Below are positions 9,127-18,000 of a stretch of 32,000 bases of DNA, piece by piece. A program made the translations under genes and the position numbers. The stretch is taken from NCBI GenBank assembly GCA_963663995.1, contig OY760660.1:1530001-1562000 (forward strand). Direction: 5' to 3'. The stretch's first letter is position 1; the number at the start of each line of letters is the position of its first letter. The notes beneath the pieces were generated by a model, which was given only the letters and a program-made list of their open reading frames with translations, had not been told where the DNA came from and did not search any database. The stretch is from Erysipelotrichaceae bacterium (GTDB lineage Bacteria > Bacillota_I > Bacilli_A > Erysipelotrichales > Erysipelotrichaceae).

Positions 9127-10950
9127 ATGCGCAATACAGTTATTCTGGAAAAATTCCATCAAGGGCATAGTATTGATTCTTATAAGGTTTTTGGTGCGCA
9201 CTTCGACTACAATGAAGTGCCAGGAGTAAGATTTTGCGTTTATGCACCTGCTGCGAAAGAAGTTTATTTAATTGGAAATTTTAATCATTGGCATAATACC
9301 CACCCAATGAATCGCGAAGAAGATGGATCATGGACACTTTTTGTGCCAGGTCTTGAAGAATGGACGATATACAAATATCGTATTCATCAGTTAAGTGGTG
9401 AATGGGCAGAGAAAAGTGATCCTTATGCTTTTTATTCTGAGATGCGACCAAAATCGGGTAATCTCGTGGTTGATTTAAGTGGTTATAGCTGGGGTGATAT
9501 CCAGTGGGTTGGAAAGCGAAATAAAGCTTTCAATCAAGAATTAAACATCTATGAATGTCATTTAGGTTCATGGATGAAAAATGGTCATGAATGGTTAAGT
9601 TATGAAGATTTAAGCTTGAAATTGATTCCATATGTTAAAAATTTAGGTTTTACACATATTGAAATCATGCCTTTAAATGAACATCCATTTGATGGTTCAT
9701 GGGGTTATCAAGCACACGGCTATTTTAGTTTAACTTCGCGCTATGGAACACCAAAAGAGTTCATGAAGTTTGTGGATGAATGTCATCGGAATGAACTTGG
9801 TTTAATTATGGATTTTGTACCGGTGCATTTTGTTAAGGATGCATTTGGTCTAAGATATTTTGACGGTTCTCCACTCTATGAGTATCCACGATATAATGAT
9901 GCACATAGTCAATGGGACACCATGAATTTTGATTTGTGGAAAGAGGAAGTTCGCTCTTTCTTAATGTCTGCAGCTGCTTTTTGGATTGATACTTATCATA
10001 TCGATGGCTTAAGGGTTGATGCAGTCGCAAATATGATCTTCTGGGGTGGTAATAAAAATAATGGAACAAATGAAGGAGCAACAGCCTTCATGAGACGTTT
10101 AAACTATTATCTTAATGTTAATTATCCAGGGGTTTTAATGATTGCGGAAGATAGTTCAGATTATCCTAAAGTGACACATCCAACCACTGATATGGGTTTA
10201 GGTTTTGATTATAAATGGGATTTAGGCTGGATGAATGATACCTTAAAATATTATGCATTGGATCCAGTGTATCGTAAATTCCATCATCATCAATTAACTT
10301 TCTCGATGGCATATTTCTATTCTGAGAACTTCATCTTACCTTTATCACACGATGAGGTGGTTCATGGCAAGGGGACGATCATCAATAAGATGTGGGGGAC
10401 CTATGAGCAGAAGTTTGCCCAAGTTAAAAATCTCTATGGCTATATGTTTGCTCATCCAGGTAAAAAACTAAACTTTATGGGTAATGAATTAGCTCATTTT
10501 AGAGAATGGGATGAGAAAAAAGAAATGGATTGGTTCTTGTTAGGTTATGAAAGACATGAGACTTTCCATCGTTATTTCAAAGATTTAATGCATATCTATA
10601 AATACCATAGTGCCTTGTCTCAGTTTGATTATCAACACAAAGGATTTAGATGGATTGATGCTGATAATGCGGATCAGTCTATCTATAGTTTCTATCGTGA
10701 AAATGCACAAAGTACGATTGTAGTCGTCATGAATATGACGCCAAGTTCATATGAAAACTTTAGATTAGGGGTACCTAAAAAAGGAACATATATCGAACTT
10801 ATCAATTCTGAGAAAGATATTTACATGGGCTGTAATATGTGTAATTTTAAACCGATGAAGAGTGAAGATATTCAAGCTCATCATCAAGAAAATAGCATAC
10901 TAATACGGGTTGCGCCGTTCTCAACCATTTATTTTGAAGTGAAGAAATAG
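9127..10950 (+). CDS. glgB: 1,4-alpha-glucan branching enzyme GlgB (GH13)
   Basis: 607 aa. GH13 regions are DFVPVHF, GLRVDAVANM, MIAEDSS and LSHDEV. SD AAGGGGG precedes the start, 15 nt after pgm. Confidence 0.92.
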   Translation: MRNTVILEKFHQGHSIDSYKVFGAHFDYNEVPGVRFCVYAPAAKEVYLIGNFNHWHNTHPMNREEDGSWTLFVPGLEEWTIYKYRIHQLSGEWAEKSDPYAFYSEMRPKSGNLVVDLSGYSWGDIQWVGKRNKAFNQELNIYECHLGSWMKNGHEWLSYEDLSLKLIPYVKNLGFTHIEIMPLNEHPFDGSWGYQAHGYFSLTSRYGTPKEFMKFVDECHRNELGLIMDFVPVHFVKDAFGLRYFDGSPLYEYPRYNDAHSQWDTMNFDLWKEEVRSFLMSAAAFWIDTYHIDGLRVDAVANMIFWGGNKNNGTNEGATAFMRRLNYYLNVNYPGVLMIAEDSSDYPKVTHPTTDMGLGFDYKWDLGWMNDTLKYYALDPVYRKFHHHQLTFSMAYFYSENFILPLSHDEVVHGKGTIINKMWGTYEQKFAQVKNLYGYMFAHPGKKLNFMGNELAHFREWDEKKEMDWFLLGYERHETFHRYFKDLMHIYKYHSALSQFDYQHKGFRWIDADNADQSIYSFYRENAQSTIVVVMNMTPSSYENFRLGVPKKGTYIELINSEKDIYMGCNMCNFKPMKSEDIQAHHQENSILIRVAPFSTIYFEVKK

Positions 10951-10957
10951 TGCTTTT

Positions 10958-11000
10958 TGTTCACTAAGCACCTAAAAAACCTCTTTTACTGTGATAAAAT
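10958..11000 (+). promoter_or_regulatory. putative glgP promoter: degenerate TGTTC-N5-GCACC box plus extended -10 TGATAAAAT
   Basis: TG at 10992-10993 and TAAAAT at 10995-11000. SD AAGGAGG at 11012-11018. The box at 10958-10972 ends 22 nt before the hexamer, the same spacing as at 17941 and 23460. Confidence 0.45.
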
Positions 11001-11024
11001 ACACACGACATAAGGAGGTTTTTT

Positions 11025-13424
11025 ATGTTCAAAGATAAGATTGAATTTAAAAGAGATTTTACTCAAAGAGTTATAGAGAACTATGGTCGATCCGTCGAGC
11101 AGTCACATGTAACTGAACAATATATCGTATTAGGTGAAATGGTCAGAGACTATGCATCAGTTCACTGGAAACAATCAAAGGAATCGGTAGCTGAGCTTGG
11201 CGCAAAGCAAATGTACTATTTCTCATTAGAGTTTTTGATTGGTCGATTACTGACTAATAATATGATGAACCTAGGCATTTACGATATTGTCCGCGATGGG
11301 CTTAAAGAATTGGAAATTGACTTAAATCAATTAGAAGATTTGGAAGCAGATGCAGGATTAGGAAATGGTGGTCTTGGTCGTTTGGCGGCATGTTTTATGG
11401 ATTCACTTGCCTCCTTATCTCTACCGGGACATGGAAATTGTATTCGCTATGAATATGGATTGTTCAAACAAAAGATCATTGATGGTGCACAAGTTGAAGT
11501 ACCTGATCAATGGTTGAGACTTGGAAATGTTTGGGAAGTACGTAAACCTAAACATGCAGTAGATATTAAATACTGGGGTCGCATTGAAATGAAAAAAGAT
11601 GATAAAGGTAATACCATTTTTGAACATGTTGATGCTGAACATGTTTTAGCTGTTCCTTATGATATGCCAATTGTTGGACGCTCAACAGATGTCACAAACA
11701 CACTTCGTTTATGGTCAGCTGAAGCAAGTGAACTTTTGCCTGCGAACAAAGACTTTAGACAGTACATTTCTGAAGTTCGTGAAATCTGTCAAAATGTATA
11801 TCCTGATGATTCAACAGAGGGTGGTAAATATTTACGTCTTAAACAACAATACTTTTTTGTATCAGCAGGCTTGAATGCCATTATTAAAGCACATTTACGT
11901 GTTTACCCTAACTTGGATAACTTTGCCGATAAAATCGCGATACAACTCAATGATACACATCCAATCTTAGCCATACCTGAACTTATGCGTGTTTTAATGG
12001 ATCAGTTTGGATACGATTGGGAAGATGCTTGGAAGATTACCAATAAAACAATTGCTTATACAAATCATACGGTTATGGCAGAAGCACTTGAAAAATGGCC
12101 AAGTCAATTTGTTCAAAACTTACTACCAAGAATTTATATGATAATTGAAGAAATCAATCGTCGTTTCTTAGTGGATGTGCATAAATCATATCCTCAAGAT
12201 CCCGAGTTGGCATCACGTGTATCTATTATTAAAGATGGTCAAATACATATGGCTAACTTAGGGATTGTTTCATCATTCTCCGTTAATGGCGTTGCGAAAT
12301 TACATACAGAGATTTTAAAAACAGATGTTATGAAAGATTTCTATAAAGTTTTTTCAGCAAAGTTTAATAATAAAACCAATGGAATTACGCATCGTAGATG
12401 GTTGGTTTATTCTAATCCAGAATTAACAGACTTACTCTATAAAATAATTGGTGATGAATTTGTCTATGAACCTTCAAAATTAACGCAGTTGATGAAGCAC
12501 GTTAATAAGAAGAAACTTCAAAAAGAATTCTTAGCAGTTAAAGCGAAACGTAAAGAAATCTTAGCAGATGAAATTAAAAAGTTAACAGGAATTACGGTGG
12601 ATCCAACATCTATCTTTGATGTCCAAGCTAAGCGTCTACATGCATATAAACGACAACTCTTGAATGTTATGCATATTATTCATCTTTATCACAAGATGAA
12701 AGAAGATAAAACATTTACAATTACACCGCGAACTTTTATCTTTGCGGCTAAAGCAGCACCTGGGTATTATTTTGCGAAGAAAGTTATTAAACTCATTCAT
12801 TCTGTTGGTGAAGTGGTGAATAATGATCCACATGTATCTCAATTCATGAAAGTTGTTTTCTTACCAAACTATAAAGTTTCGATTGCGGAAGTGTTGATGA
12901 ATGCAGCAGATGTTTCTGAGCAAATATCAACAGCAGGTAAAGAAGCAAGTGGTACGGGTAATATGAAATTCATGATGAATGGAGCATTAACACTTGGCAC
13001 TTTAGATGGTGCAAATGTTGAGATTGATGAACATGTTGGTCGTGACTATGATGTTATTTTTGGATTAGAAGTTGATGGCATCGAAAAACTTAAAGAAGAT
13101 GGTTATGATGCTTGGGAATATTATTCAAAGAATGAAAATCTCAAACGTGTCATTGATAGTTTAATTGATGGAACCTTTGGACCTAAAGAAGAATTCAAAC
13201 CGATTCATGATGAACTTATGTTTAAAAATGATGAATATTTCTTATTAGCTGATTTTGAAGCATATGTAAATGCTCAAATAGAAGTTGAAAAGAGATACAA
13301 TGATAAAGATTATTGGGCAAAGATGTGTTTAATCAATATTGCTCAATCAGGTTTCTTTTCTTCAGACCGTACGATTAGTGAATATGCATCTGAAATATGG
13401 AATATCAAAGCAATTGAAGTTTAA
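11025..13424 (+). CDS. glgP: glycogen/maltodextrin phosphorylase GlgP (GT35)
   Basis: 799 aa with the PLP-lysine region EQISTAGKEASGTGNMKFMMNGA and the N-terminal GLGNGGLGRLAACF motif. Confidence 0.95.
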   Translation: MFKDKIEFKRDFTQRVIENYGRSVEQSHVTEQYIVLGEMVRDYASVHWKQSKESVAELGAKQMYYFSLEFLIGRLLTNNMMNLGIYDIVRDGLKELEIDLNQLEDLEADAGLGNGGLGRLAACFMDSLASLSLPGHGNCIRYEYGLFKQKIIDGAQVEVPDQWLRLGNVWEVRKPKHAVDIKYWGRIEMKKDDKGNTIFEHVDAEHVLAVPYDMPIVGRSTDVTNTLRLWSAEASELLPANKDFRQYISEVREICQNVYPDDSTEGGKYLRLKQQYFFVSAGLNAIIKAHLRVYPNLDNFADKIAIQLNDTHPILAIPELMRVLMDQFGYDWEDAWKITNKTIAYTNHTVMAEALEKWPSQFVQNLLPRIYMIIEEINRRFLVDVHKSYPQDPELASRVSIIKDGQIHMANLGIVSSFSVNGVAKLHTEILKTDVMKDFYKVFSAKFNNKTNGITHRRWLVYSNPELTDLLYKIIGDEFVYEPSKLTQLMKHVNKKKLQKEFLAVKAKRKEILADEIKKLTGITVDPTSIFDVQAKRLHAYKRQLLNVMHIIHLYHKMKEDKTFTITPRTFIFAAKAAPGYYFAKKVIKLIHSVGEVVNNDPHVSQFMKVVFLPNYKVSIAEVLMNAADVSEQISTAGKEASGTGNMKFMMNGALTLGTLDGANVEIDEHVGRDYDVIFGLEVDGIEKLKEDGYDAWEYYSKNENLKRVIDSLIDGTFGPKEEFKPIHDELMFKNDEYFLLADFEAYVNAQIEVEKRYNDKDYWAKMCLINIAQSGFFSSDRTISEYASEIWNIKAIEV

Positions 13425-13447
13425 GCTGGGTAAGACCAGCTTTTTTT
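13423..13447 (+). terminator. rho-independent terminator after glgP
   Basis: AAGCTGG (13423-13429) pairs with CCAGCTT (13436-13442). The loop is GTAAGA and a T7 run follows. Confidence 0.75.
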
Positions 13448-13459
13448 AGGCTATAATGG

Positions 13460-15601
13460 ATGTATATTATGCGAAAAGTTGAAAAGTTTGAAGCACATTT
13501 AGATGATTATAAGAGTATAACCGTCTATTTATCAGAACGTTTTTATAACGGCAGAAGTGATGCCTTCTATATCAGAGATAAAAATGGAAAACTTACGAAA
13601 TGTGAGATTTTAAATTTTGACCAAAGTTATGGCGGTTATTTTAGTTATACACTTTCTTACCCAATTGAAATTGTGATAGGGGATGCGTATGAACTTTTAG
13701 AAGAACATGGTCTTAGTACACCAATTCAATATAGCTTAATAACTAAAACAGATAAATTTGATGAAACTTTTTACTATCAAGGCGATGATTTAGGTTGTCA
13801 TCCTAGTGGTGATAGTACTGATTTTGCCTTATGGGCTCCCACCGCAACACGTGTTGTGTTAGAAGTTTTTAGAAGTGATGCGGCAAATGCATTTGAATGT
13901 GAGAGAACTGATAAAGGTGTATTTAGAAAACGAGTCAATGCAAACCTTCATGGAATTGGCTATCACTATCATATATTGGTAAATGGTAAGTGGAATGTAT
14001 CTTCTGACCCTGTCGCAAGATCATCAATCGCTAATAATGGTCATTCAGTATGTATCGACTATGAACAAATTGATGTTGAAAAGTCAGTGGATCAGCTGAA
14101 AGAAATGAATAGTCCTTTAGATGCGATTATCTACGAATTATCAGTACGTGATTTTACGATGCAAAAAGCTTCGAATGTAAAAGAGCGCGGTAAGTTTTTA
14201 GGCTTATGTGAAAAAGGAACAAAAACCAATAATGGTGTATCAACCGGTTTAGATCATATAAAAGAACTCGGTATTACGCATGTTCAAATCATGCCAATGT
14301 TTGATTTTGCGACCGTAGATGAAATCAATGTTTCAACTTTCTATAACTGGGGTTATGATCCTCTACAATATAATGTGCCTGATGGTAGTTTATGTACAAA
14401 ACCACAAGAACCAGTAGAGCGAGTTCGTGAAGCTAAAGAAATGATACAAGCTTTCCATAAAGAAGGTATTAGAGTTGTAATGGATGTGGTCTATAACCAT
14501 GTCTATGACATGGATTCTAGTCCTTTTGAATTGGTTGTCCCATATTACTATTTTAGACGTTCGCATAATGGGGCATTATCGAATGGATCTTTCTGTGGAA
14601 ATGATTTTGATTCAAATCGTTTAATGGCGCGTAAATTTATCCTTGATAGTTGTAACTGCTGGATGAAACAGTATGATGTTGATGGCTTCCGTTTTGATTT
14701 GATGGGTGTCTTAGATGTAGAAACGATGAATCAAGTGGTAGCTCAATCTAAAGCATTAAAAAAAGATGCTTTAATTTATGGTGAGGGTTGGAATATGCCC
14801 ACTGCGCTTCCTGAAGAGATGAAAGCGAATAAACTCAATCAATATTTAATGCCAGAAGTGGGTCAATTTAATGATTTCTTTAGAGATATTGTTAAAGGTA
14901 AAACAAATGCTGAAGAAGTTAATGTTAAAGGTTACTGTACGGGTGATACCAACATGATTGAAGCTATGAAAGCATGTATGGTGGGAAACAGTATCGATAA
15001 GAGTGACAACCGACATTTCTTAACCAATACCCAAAGTATTAACTATGTTGAATGTCATGATAACCACACAACATGGGATAAGATGAAGGAATCTAATCGT
15101 GAAGATTCACGAGAAGTGAGAATAAAAAGACAAAAACTAATGATTGGGACAACACTATTATCAATTGGCGTTCCATTTATACACAGTGGACAAGAGTTCT
15201 GCCGAACCAAGAATGGGGTCCATAATTCGTATCGTAGCCCAGATAATATAAATCAAATTGATTGGGAAAGAAAAGAACGTTTCTTAGAAGTTTTTGAATA
15301 CACAAAAGCGATAATAGAACTTAGAAAAGCATTACCTGTTTTCCACACTAATAATCATGAACTAGTAGAAGATCACGTTGATTTCAGATACTTTGATGGG
15401 ATGTTGATAACACATTATGAATGTCCTCGCCTTGAACCCTATAATGAAATTTGGATCTATATAAATCCAAGCAATCAAATTTACTATGAGAAGTTTGATG
15501 ATGAAGTTGAAATTATTGCTGATGAATATGGGTTGGTTAGAGGTGATAAGTTAGAACATGCGACAATAAACCCTTACACTTTGACTGTTTTTGCGAGATA
15601 A
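13460..15601 (+). CDS. pulA: type I pullulanase / glycogen debranching enzyme (GH13, AmyX-like), no signal peptide
   Basis: Carries the YNWGYDP signature. GH13 regions are VMDVVYNH, GFRFDLMG, YGEGW and VECHDN. The alternative start at ATG 13469 is equally plausible. A TATAAT at 13452-13457 sits just upstream. Confidence 0.88.
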   Translation: MYIMRKVEKFEAHLDDYKSITVYLSERFYNGRSDAFYIRDKNGKLTKCEILNFDQSYGGYFSYTLSYPIEIVIGDAYELLEEHGLSTPIQYSLITKTDKFDETFYYQGDDLGCHPSGDSTDFALWAPTATRVVLEVFRSDAANAFECERTDKGVFRKRVNANLHGIGYHYHILVNGKWNVSSDPVARSSIANNGHSVCIDYEQIDVEKSVDQLKEMNSPLDAIIYELSVRDFTMQKASNVKERGKFLGLCEKGTKTNNGVSTGLDHIKELGITHVQIMPMFDFATVDEINVSTFYNWGYDPLQYNVPDGSLCTKPQEPVERVREAKEMIQAFHKEGIRVVMDVVYNHVYDMDSSPFELVVPYYYFRRSHNGALSNGSFCGNDFDSNRLMARKFILDSCNCWMKQYDVDGFRFDLMGVLDVETMNQVVAQSKALKKDALIYGEGWNMPTALPEEMKANKLNQYLMPEVGQFNDFFRDIVKGKTNAEEVNVKGYCTGDTNMIEAMKACMVGNSIDKSDNRHFLTNTQSINYVECHDNHTTWDKMKESNREDSREVRIKRQKLMIGTTLLSIGVPFIHSGQEFCRTKNGVHNSYRSPDNINQIDWERKERFLEVFEYTKAIIELRKALPVFHTNNHELVEDHVDFRYFDGMLITHYECPRLEPYNEIWIYINPSNQIYYEKFDDEVEIIADEYGLVRGDKLEHATINPYTLTVFAR

Positions 15602-15615
15602 TGAAAACGCTAACA
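15602..15615. promoter_or_regulatory. catabolite-responsive element (cre), perfect match to TGWAANCGNTNWCA
   Basis: TGAAAACGCTAACA starts one base after the pullulanase TAA and lies 72 nt upstream of the alpha-glucosidase ATG. Confidence 0.55.
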
Positions 15616-15616
15616 A

Positions 15617-15645
15617 AAAATATGGAACCGGTACCATATTTTGTT
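15617..15645 (+). terminator. A/U-rich hairpin, weak candidate terminator or attenuator between pullulanase and alpha-glucosidase
   Basis: AAAATATGG (15617-15625) pairs with CCATATTTT (15634-15642). The loop is 8 nt and TTTTGTTG follows. Only two G-C pairs, so the stem is weak. Confidence 0.4.
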
Positions 15646-15686
15646 GTACAATATCTTTAACGATTGAAATACTAAGAGGATTTTTT

Positions 15687-17384
15687 ATGAAACAAGAAAA
15701 ATGGTGGAAAAGTGCAGTGGGTTATCAAATCTATCCAAGATCATATTGTGATAGTAATGGTGATGGTGTTGGGGATCTAAAAGGTATCATCAGTAAATTG
15801 GATTATTTGGAAAAACTAGGTGTTAATTTAGTTTGGATTAGTCCATTTTATAAATCACCAATGGATGATAATGGGTATGATGTGAGTGATTTCTATCAAG
15901 TTGATCCATTGTTTGGGACGATTGAGGATGCTAAAGAGCTCATTCAAAAAGCCCATCAAAAAGATATTAAGATAGTCTTGGACTTAGTTTTAAATCATAG
16001 TTCAGATGAACATCCTTGGTTTGTTGAATCAAGATCTTCATTAGATAATCCAAAACGAAATTACTATATTTGGCGTCCAGGTAAAAAAGATGAAGACGGG
16101 AATTTAATCCCTCCAACGAATTGGGGATCATTCTTCGAAGGTTCTGCTTGGAATTATGATGAAATAAGTGGCGAATATTATATGAAGATATTCTCCAATA
16201 AAATGCCTGACTTTAACTGGGACTATAAACCTTTAAGAGAAGAATTATATAAAATGGCTAGATGGTGGTTGGATTTAGGTGTTGATGGTTTTAGAGTCGA
16301 TGCGATTGCACATCTAGGTCGTGATTTATCTTTTGAAGATTCCGATATGGAACTCAATCAATTTGGGGTTGCACCTGATTGGTCGAAGTTTTCAAATCGT
16401 GAACAACTCTTTGATTATATTCATGAGTTTCATGATGAAGTCTTATCAAAATATGACTGTATGAGTGTGGGTGAAGTAGGTGGTGGCGCATCTGTTGAAG
16501 CTGGTTTGAAATATGCTGGTTACGATGCGAAAGCATTTAATATGGTCTTTAATTTTGACCATAATTGGCAAAACAACATTCATCAAGCTAAGTATTTAGA
16601 TGATGATCAACTGAGAACTGATGTCATTGGCTTAAAACAAACATTTAATCGATGGATTGTAGGGATGGATGGTAAAGGTTGGTTGCCTCAATATTGGTTA
16701 AACCATGATCATCCACGGGTAATGAGTCAATATGGAAATCCAGAACATTTCCATAAAGAGTCTGGTTCCATGTTAGGGGCAGTTCTATTAACTTTACCGG
16801 GTACACCTTTTATTTATAATGGTGAAGAAATAGGTATGACTAATTGTGATTACACAAGTATTGATGATTTCAATGATGTCTGGGTTAAGAATCAATATCG
16901 AGAAATGATCAAACATGATCCAGAAGACATCGTCTTAAGAGATTTAAGACGTAAATCACGTGATAATGCTCGTACTCCAATGCAATGGTCTGATAAAAAG
17001 TATGCAGGTTTTAGTACGCATGAACCGGTCCAAAAATGTGTTAGTAATTATCCTGAGATAAATGTTGAAAAACAAGAGAAAGAGTCTGATTCAATATTAA
17101 ATGCTTATCGGACATTAATTAAACTTCGTCGTTTCTCAGAATACAGTCAAACACTAGTTTTTGGTGATTTTAAACTTGTTGCGGAAGAACATGAAGATGT
17201 TATGGTATATACAAGATCTTTTGAGAATCAAAAATTATTAATTATCGCAAACTTCAGGGCAAAAACTGTCGACTTTGATTGTGATGAAATAATAAATGAT
17301 GTTATCTATTCAAATGTAAAAAGGACAGATAAGAAAGTTGTTTCACTCAAACCATTTGAAGTACTGATTGCGAAGTGTGGGTAA
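15687..17384 (+). CDS. malL: GH13 alpha-glucosidase / oligo-1,6-glucosidase (MalL/DexB-like)
   Basis: Start moved to the ATG at 15687, after SD AAGAGGA. N-terminus is MKQEKWWKSAVGYQIYPRS. GH13 regions are DLVLNHSSDEHPWF, GVDGFRVDAIAHL, VGEV and WLNHDHPR. Confidence 0.88.
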   Translation: MKQEKWWKSAVGYQIYPRSYCDSNGDGVGDLKGIISKLDYLEKLGVNLVWISPFYKSPMDDNGYDVSDFYQVDPLFGTIEDAKELIQKAHQKDIKIVLDLVLNHSSDEHPWFVESRSSLDNPKRNYYIWRPGKKDEDGNLIPPTNWGSFFEGSAWNYDEISGEYYMKIFSNKMPDFNWDYKPLREELYKMARWWLDLGVDGFRVDAIAHLGRDLSFEDSDMELNQFGVAPDWSKFSNREQLFDYIHEFHDEVLSKYDCMSVGEVGGGASVEAGLKYAGYDAKAFNMVFNFDHNWQNNIHQAKYLDDDQLRTDVIGLKQTFNRWIVGMDGKGWLPQYWLNHDHPRVMSQYGNPEHFHKESGSMLGAVLLTLPGTPFIYNGEEIGMTNCDYTSIDDFNDVWVKNQYREMIKHDPEDIVLRDLRRKSRDNARTPMQWSDKKYAGFSTHEPVQKCVSNYPEINVEKQEKESDSILNAYRTLIKLRRFSEYSQTLVFGDFKLVAEEHEDVMVYTRSFENQKLLIIANFRAKTVDFDCDEIINDVIYSNVKRTDKKVVSLKPFEVLIAKCG

Positions 17385-17387
17385 TCA

Positions 17388-17936
17388 ATGGGATTGATAT
17401 TTATCAAAAGTCAGAAGCAAATGCATTTAAATGATGTTTTAGCTTATTGTCAAAGCATCAATGAAGACGCAATAATTGATGGAGACTATTGTGTTTTTGA
17501 AGTCAATGGTGAACAGAGAATACAAATAAAGCTTACGCTAGAAACCTTTCAAGAAGATCTTCAAGATTTATTGGTCTGTGTTGAAGGCTTTGATCAGCAA
17601 GCGATTATGGACTGTGCACTTGAATTAGCGAAAGTATATTCATTAGGAACTTATACTCATGTTTCAGAATTACTTCTTGATTCACTGATGCAAAATGATC
17701 GTCATTTATTGAATTTATTAAACAATCTGTTTTATTCGCTAAAACCTGAGTTAATTGAAACAGCAAAAATGTATCTGGCAGCTGGTGGGAATGCAAAACT
17801 AGCAGCTCAGGCATTGTATCTACATCGTAATACTTTTAATTATCGAATGAAGAAATTTGAAGAGAAAAGTAATCTAAAATTGAACGATCAAGTTCAAGCT
17901 TTTTTCTTTCAGTTATGGTTAGATTGTCAGAAATAA
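17388..17936 (+). CDS. short PucR/CdaR-type helix-turn-helix protein (putative transcription regulator)
   Basis: The C-terminal segment TAKMYLAAGGNAKLAAQALYLHRNTFNYRMKKFEEKSN looks like a PucR C-terminal HTH. The N-terminal ~120 aa are unassigned. The gene begins 3 nt after the malL stop. The alternative start at 17421 cannot be excluded. Confidence 0.6.
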   Translation: MGLIFIKSQKQMHLNDVLAYCQSINEDAIIDGDYCVFEVNGEQRIQIKLTLETFQEDLQDLLVCVEGFDQQAIMDCALELAKVYSLGTYTHVSELLLDSLMQNDRHLLNLLNNLFYSLKPELIETAKMYLAAGGNAKLAAQALYLHRNTFNYRMKKFEEKSNLKLNDQVQAFFFQLWLDCQK

Positions 17937-17940
17937 CATT

Positions 17941-17983
17941 TGTGCATAGAGCACATATCATGAAAGAGCTTTCATGATAGAAT
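17941..17983 (+). promoter_or_regulatory. composite msmX promoter: TGTGC-N5-GCACA box, cre-like palindrome TGAAAGAGCTTTCA in the spacer, extended -10 TGATAGAAT
   Basis: Box at 17941-17955, cre-like operator at 17961-17974 (13/14 to the cre consensus, central AG instead of CG), TG at 17975-17976 and TAGAAT at 17978-17983. GAGGTGA and the ATG follow within 17 nt. Confidence 0.55.
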
Positions 17984-18000
17984 AATTTCGAGGTGAACTT

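Noticed and set aside
10950-10971. Hairpin GTGCTT/AAGCAC after the glgB stop, considered as a glgB terminator.
   Set aside because: The stem is 6 bp with a 10-nt loop, and no U-tract follows on either strand. It more likely overlaps the glgP promoter box, and I kept it only as an alternative reading.
10990-11007. CTGTGATAAAATACACAC read as a Rex-like or CRP-like site (TGTG-N8-CACA).
   Set aside because: It matches only about 10 of 14 constrained Rex positions. It coincides with the extended -10 TGATAAAAT, which explains most of the letters. Its spacing also differs from the TGTG-N7-CACA boxes at 17941 and 23446.
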